Of a stretch of DNA of 37,919 bases, positions 36,744 through 37,919 are shown piece by piece; positions within the stretch are counted from its first letter, which is position 1; each line of letters starts with the position of its first letter. The stretch lies in sequence record MK064562.1; one strand, given 5' to 3'. The translations under genes and the position numbers were made by a program. The notes under the pieces are model-generated. The model did not search any database and had not been told where the DNA came from. It was given only the letters and a program-made list of their open reading frames with translations.

Positions 36744-37739
36744 TCAAATATAACTTTCACATGTATCGTGTTCACGTAAACACTTTTTTATGTTCATTAA
36801 ATCAAAGTCAACCATCTTATGTACAAGCTCCTTAAATTTAGTTTTGGGTTTCCACCCTAGCTTTTGTTCCGCTTTTGAATAATCTCCAACCAGTTTTTCA
36901 ATATCCAAGGGACGATAAAACTTCTCATCCATATATACGTAATGCCACCATTTCAAACCGACATAATCAAATGCTTCCTTAACGAAATCTAAAACCATAT
37001 GGCTCTCCCCGGTGGCAATAACATAATCATCCGGCTCCTTTTGTTGCATCATTAAGTAGATAGCCTCAGTGTATTCAGGGGCATAACCCCAGTCCCTCTC
37101 ATACGCTAAACGACCTAATAATAACTCTTTCTGTAACCCGTGAACAATCTTAGCCACACCTATGGTAATCTTTCTCGTAACGAAATCCGAACCCCTTAAC
37201 TCAGACTCATGATTAAAGAGGATTCCATTAACGCAAAACATGTTATAAGCTTTCCTATACATCTTAACGAGATGATATGAAGCAAGTTTACTTATACCGT
37301 AAGGGCTGACGGGATTAAAATTAGTTTGCTCATTACATTTACTATCACAGTTCCCGTACATCTCACTTGAACCCGCAAAGTAGAATTTTATCCCTTTATC
37401 ATATTGTCTGATAGCCTCCAATAAATTAAGCGTTGAAATGGTATTAGTATCAAAAGTAACTTGAGGGTTATTAAAACTGACATGAACATGTGATTGTCCT
37501 GCTAAATGATAAACTTCATCCGGATCTGCAGTTTCAATTATATTCCTTAACGCGATGGAATCCGTAACGTCTGCGGTTATAATGTTCACACGGTCAACAA
37601 TACCAAGGTATTTCAATCTCCAAAGGTTACTCACACTTGTCCTTCTTGCGATACCGTATACGGTATAACCCTTATCCAAGAGTTGTTTAGCTAAAAAACT
37701 ACCGTCTTGACCGGTAATACCAGTAATTAACGCTTTCAT
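36744..37739 (-). CDS. gmd: GDP-mannose 4,6-dehydratase
   Basis: ALITGITGQDG, LAGQSHV, SSEMYG, YGISK, GILFNHES, FVTRKIT, RDWG. Confidence 0.97.
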   Translation of the reverse strand: MKALITGITGQDGSFLAKQLLDKGYTVYGIARRTSVSNLWRLKYLGIVDRVNIITADVTDSIALRNIIETADPDEVYHLAGQSHVHVSFNNPQVTFDTNTISTLNLLEAIRQYDKGIKFYFAGSSEMYGNCDSKCNEQTNFNPVSPYGISKLASYHLVKMYRKAYNMFCVNGILFNHESELRGSDFVTRKITIGVAKIVHGLQKELLLGRLAYERDWGYAPEYTEAIYLMMQQKEPDDYVIATGESHMVLDFVKEAFDYVGLKWWHYVYMDEKFYRPLDIEKLVGDYSKAEQKLGWKPKTKFKELVHKMVDFDLMNIKKCLREHDTCESYI

Positions 37740-37785
37740 AATAAGTACTACGCAAAAGTGAAATAAAAAGATAACGCAAAGAAAA

Positions 37786-37919
37786 GGTTTTTTTCGGGCA
37801 TAAATGTGGAAGATACGGGGGGTTGGTATAGAAAAAATAAGGGGTGGAATTCGCGTGAAAAAAACGTGGGGTGGCGTAAAATGGTCGCGAAAAATACGTG
37901 CGTAAAAGTGAAGAAAATG
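37786..37919 (-). repeat. Right inverted terminal repeat (window ends inside it)
   Basis: Reverse complement of 175-308. Confidence 0.97.

Overview
This window is an essentially complete, AT-rich linear genome of a hyperthermophilic archaeal filamentous virus (Lipothrixviridae/Ligamenvirales). It is most likely an Alphalipothrixvirus close to Sulfolobus filamentous virus 1 or its Beppu relative. That placement rests on my recall of the two SIRV-fold major capsid proteins and the gene set, so it needs BLAST confirmation. Directly visible: a 134-bp inverted terminal repeat (175-308 / 37786-37919, right end apparently truncated), two SF2 helicases (XPB-like and Hel308-like), two adjacent capsid proteins, six glycosyltransferase-like genes (2 GT-A, 4 GT-B) plus GDP-mannose 4,6-dehydratase, a Cas4-like nuclease, RHH/wHTH/AbrB/Zn-finger regulators, an 8-kb cluster of Thr/Asn-rich virion proteins, and small accessory genes at both ends. 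Most interesting: (1) a ~535-bp dual-coding region where a 181-aa gene nearly lacks T at codon position 3, keeping a second 297-aa frame open; (2) an operon with a GHKL-ATPase/HExxH-metallopeptidase fusion followed by a glycosyltransferase with no canonical start codon; (3) six paralogous virion proteins sharing a domain reminiscent of phage tail-fibre N-termini; (4) a compact SSB/AEP-primase/Cas4 module divergent from the Hel308-like helicase; (5) apparent absence of GGCC, GCGC and GCWGC; (6) three small genes missing from the ORF track, including a very acidic 57-aa anti-defence candidate. No CRISPR array, tRNA, rRNA, integrase or transposase was found. All family assignments come from motifs read by eye.
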